From Scyliorhinus canicula (taxonomy: Eukaryota), in the NCBI RefSeq assembly GCF_902713615.1, contig NC_052146.1:204061199-204125198 (forward strand): a stretch of DNA of 64,000 nt, written 5' to 3'. Shown piece by piece: positions 61,538-64,000 of this stretch. Each line of letters begins with the position of its first letter. Within the stretch, counting starts at the first letter, position 1. Under the pieces are notes generated by a model. That model searched no databases, was not told the origin of the DNA, and was given only the letters and a program-made list of their open reading frames with translations. The translations under genes were made by a program, and so were the position numbers.

Positions 61538-61825
61538 GGGCTGGGATTCTCCCCTACCCGGCGGGGCGGGGGGTCCCGGCGTCGCGGAGTGGCGCCAACC
61601 ACTCTGGCATCGAGCCTCCCCAAAGGTGCGGAATTCTCGGCACCTTTGGGGGCTAGGCCCGCGCCGGAGTGGTTGGAGCCACACCGTCTGGCGGCAAAAC
61701 AGGCGCCAGCGGCCTTTGACACCGGCCGCACGGTGCCGCAGGGGGCTCGCCGATCTGCGCGGAGGGCACGCCGATCGGCGGGGCGTGATTCCCGCCCCTG
61801 CCAATACCCGGGTGGCGGAGAATAT
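61538..61825. mobile_element. Harbinger-type MITE, right end truncated and fused to Gypsy gag
   Basis: Left TIR GGGCTGGGATTCTCC; ends ggagaat directly before gag LPGESM. Confidence 0.75.
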
Positions 61826-61826
61826 T

Positions 61827-63907
61827 AACTCCCCGGTGAGTCTATGGAGGATTTCTGGCGTGCCCTCCAAATCCTAGTGAGAGACTGTGATTGTCAGGCC
61901 GTCTCGGCCTCTGAACATTTGGACTTGCTACTTAGAGACGCGTTCATGACAGGCATAGAGTCGGCCTACATCCGCCACAACTCTTAGAAGGGGCTACCCT
62001 CGACCTCGCGACGACCAAGAAACTAGCGCTCTCGCTCATGGTCGCCTCGCGCAATATTCAAGCATATGCCCCCGACCACATGGGCCACCCCTCCTGGACA
62101 TCGTGGGCCCCACCAGCGAACGCCCTACCGTGCACCCTGTCAGTGACTGCCCCCAGCCAACGTCTGGCCTGTGCCGCGCAGCAACTAATCAACCCAGGGG
62201 GACCCAAGGCTACTTCTGCGCTCAGTCAAGGCACCCCCGACCACGCTGTCTGGCACGGAGCGCGCTCTGCAAGGCCTGCGGTAAGAAAGGACATTTTGCT
62301 GCTGTGTACCAAGCCCACTCGATCGCCGCCATTGCCCCGGCGTCGCCATCTGCGCCGCCATCTTCCTCCCCGCAGGCCACATGCGGTTCGTGGTCCGCCA
62401 TATTTATCTCCTCACAACACATGTGGCCCGTGGGCGCCGCCATCTTCCTCGCTATTTTGCTCGCCTCACACGTGCAGCCCATGGGCGCCGCCATCTTGCC
62501 CGCCCCAGAATACGTGCGGCCCGTGGGCGCCACCATCTTCCCTGCCTCAGGATCCCTGCTCGTCTCCCTGCTGGTCGGATGCCTCATCGGGCCGCTCATC
62601 GCCTGCAACCGCCGCCGACCAACCACGCCTGGCCTCCGTTACGATTGACAAGACACGACCGCACAACTTCGCGACCGCATCGACGACGGTGAAGATCGAT
62701 GGGCACAAGGTTTCCTGCCTTCTGGACTCCGGGAGCATCAAGAGCTTTATCCACCCCGATGCGGTAAGGCGCTGCTCCCTCACGGTCCACCCCACCAACC
62801 AGAGAATCTCCCTGGCCTCCGGCTCCCACTCTGTGGCGATCCGGGGGTACTGCACTGCCCCCCTCACCATCCAGGGCGTAGAGTTCAGCGGCTTCCGCCT
62901 CTACGTCCTCCCCAACCTCTGCGCTGGCCTGCAACGTGGCCTGGACTTCCAATGCAACCTCCAGAGCCGGAGCTTGATATTTGGCGGGCCCCTACCACCC
63001 CTTACTGTATGCGGCCTTACAACCCTTAAGGTCGACCCACCTTCCCTGTTTGCGAATCTCACCCCGGATTGCAAACCCGTCGCCACCAGGAGCAGACGGT
63101 ACAGTCGGTACAAACTGCGCATGCGCGGGTGACGTCATTTATGCGGCGCTGGCCGCGTAATTTACGTGACACCGCTTTTACGCGGCGGCAAGGCCCGGTG
63201 CTCCTAGCCGCTCGGGGGTGGGAGAATAGGGGGCAGGGAGCGACCTCCGACGCCGGAGTGAAACACTCCGGTTTTCACTCCGGCGTCGGGACTTAGTCAC
63301 CCGATTGGAATTTCGCCCACAGTCTCCCTTCAGGACCTGGCACCAGCTGGGTCCCCGCAAACCCCTCCCCCACTCTGCCCCAGCACCGACCTCCCTTCCC
63401 CCGGCACATCCCACCACAGCCCACTCTCCAGGGCGATCCGTCCTCCCCTTGGTCCCACCCGAGCATGAAGAGGATGTCGACACCCTCCCGGAGTCACCGA
63501 CGACCGATTCGACGCCTGACTCGCCACCAACACTGCGGCGCTCTCATAGACGGATCAAGGCGCCGGATCATCTAAATTTGTAACCTCCTCTGAAATTTAT
63601 ATGACAATCTGTATGTAAATAGTTTTCCACCACCCCCGCTGGACTCATTTTTAACAGGGGGTGAATGTGGTAGTCACCACTATTGTATTTTACTGCATTG
63701 TATACGAGGATATTACGGTAAGGCCCCTGTACTACAGATACGGGTGTAGATCCCTTCCTGCTGGCTCCGCCCAGTAGGCAGAGTATAAATGTATGTGCTC
63801 TCCGAACAGCAGCCATTTCATCAGCTGCTGTAGGAGGCCACACATCTCTGTGTAATAAAGCCTCGATTACTCTCTACTCTCGTCTCATCGTAATTGATAG
63901 TGCATCA
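61827..63907 (+). mobile_element. Internally deleted Gypsy element (gag-protease, integrase tail, PPT, 3' LTR)
   Basis: Gag LPGESMEDF...LLRDAFMTG; knuckles YFCAQSRH..C and CKACGKKGH; protease LLDSGS; jump from DCKPVATRSRRYS to TVSLQDLAP; PPT aacagggggtgaa; LTR 63666-63907 TGTGGT...TATAAA...AATAAA...GCATCA. Confidence 0.92.
63106..63319. mobile_element. Right half of a Harbinger-type MITE replacing Gypsy RT/RH/IN
   Basis: Ends GGAATTTCGCCC; contains the hairpin ccgacgccggagtgaaac...tttcactccggcgtcgg. Confidence 0.75.
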
Positions 63908-64000
63908 GTTATTCTTGAGAAAAATAAAACTTAAAAAGCTAATATGCTTTCCCTACCTGGAAACCGTGTAACAGTGTTAACTTGTTCTCGGGTACGATAC

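Noticed and set aside
62380-62545. Short direct repeats (acatgtggcccgtgggcgccgccatctt) resembling a CRISPR-like array
   Set aside because: They are degenerate tandem repeats in the Gypsy gag-protease linker; the context is eukaryotic, with no unique spacers of constant length and no cas genes.
62038-63132. 364-aa ORF as an intact or domesticated gag-protease gene
   Set aside because: The zinc knuckles lie in a different frame (62103-62648), upstream gag is frameshifted, and the end runs into a MITE.

Overview
This 64-kb window is eukaryotic and dense with repeats. It almost certainly comes from a cartilaginous fish, probably a catshark-type shark; this is inferred from the many tRNA-derived HE1/V-SINE-type SINEs with CR1 (HER1-type) tails. 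I found no convincing host protein-coding exon, rRNA gene, genuine tRNA gene or CRISPR array, so the region looks intergenic or deep-intronic. Most of it is layered transposable-element debris: four decayed Gypsy/Ty3 LTR retrotransposons, at least seven solo LTRs with readable target-site duplications (TSDs), CR1, L1, Rex-Babar and CR1/L2-group LINE pieces, about 30 SINEs or SINE fragments, a hAT MITE with a long internal hairpin, and a GC-rich PIF/Harbinger-type MITE family. The most notable items are: (1) a Harbinger-derived element carrying a three-exon Myb/SANT-like gene with a heptad-repeat tail but no recognisable transposase, sharing terminal inverted repeats (TIRs) with the local MITEs; (2) two degenerate minimal hammerhead-ribozyme motifs in Penelope-like remnants; (3) head/tail module swapping among SINE families; (4) several multi-level nested insertions that give a relative order of insertion. 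All family assignments come from motif recognition by eye, not from database searches. Boundaries without a quoted TSD are approximate. I do not see strong evidence of a wholly new biological system.
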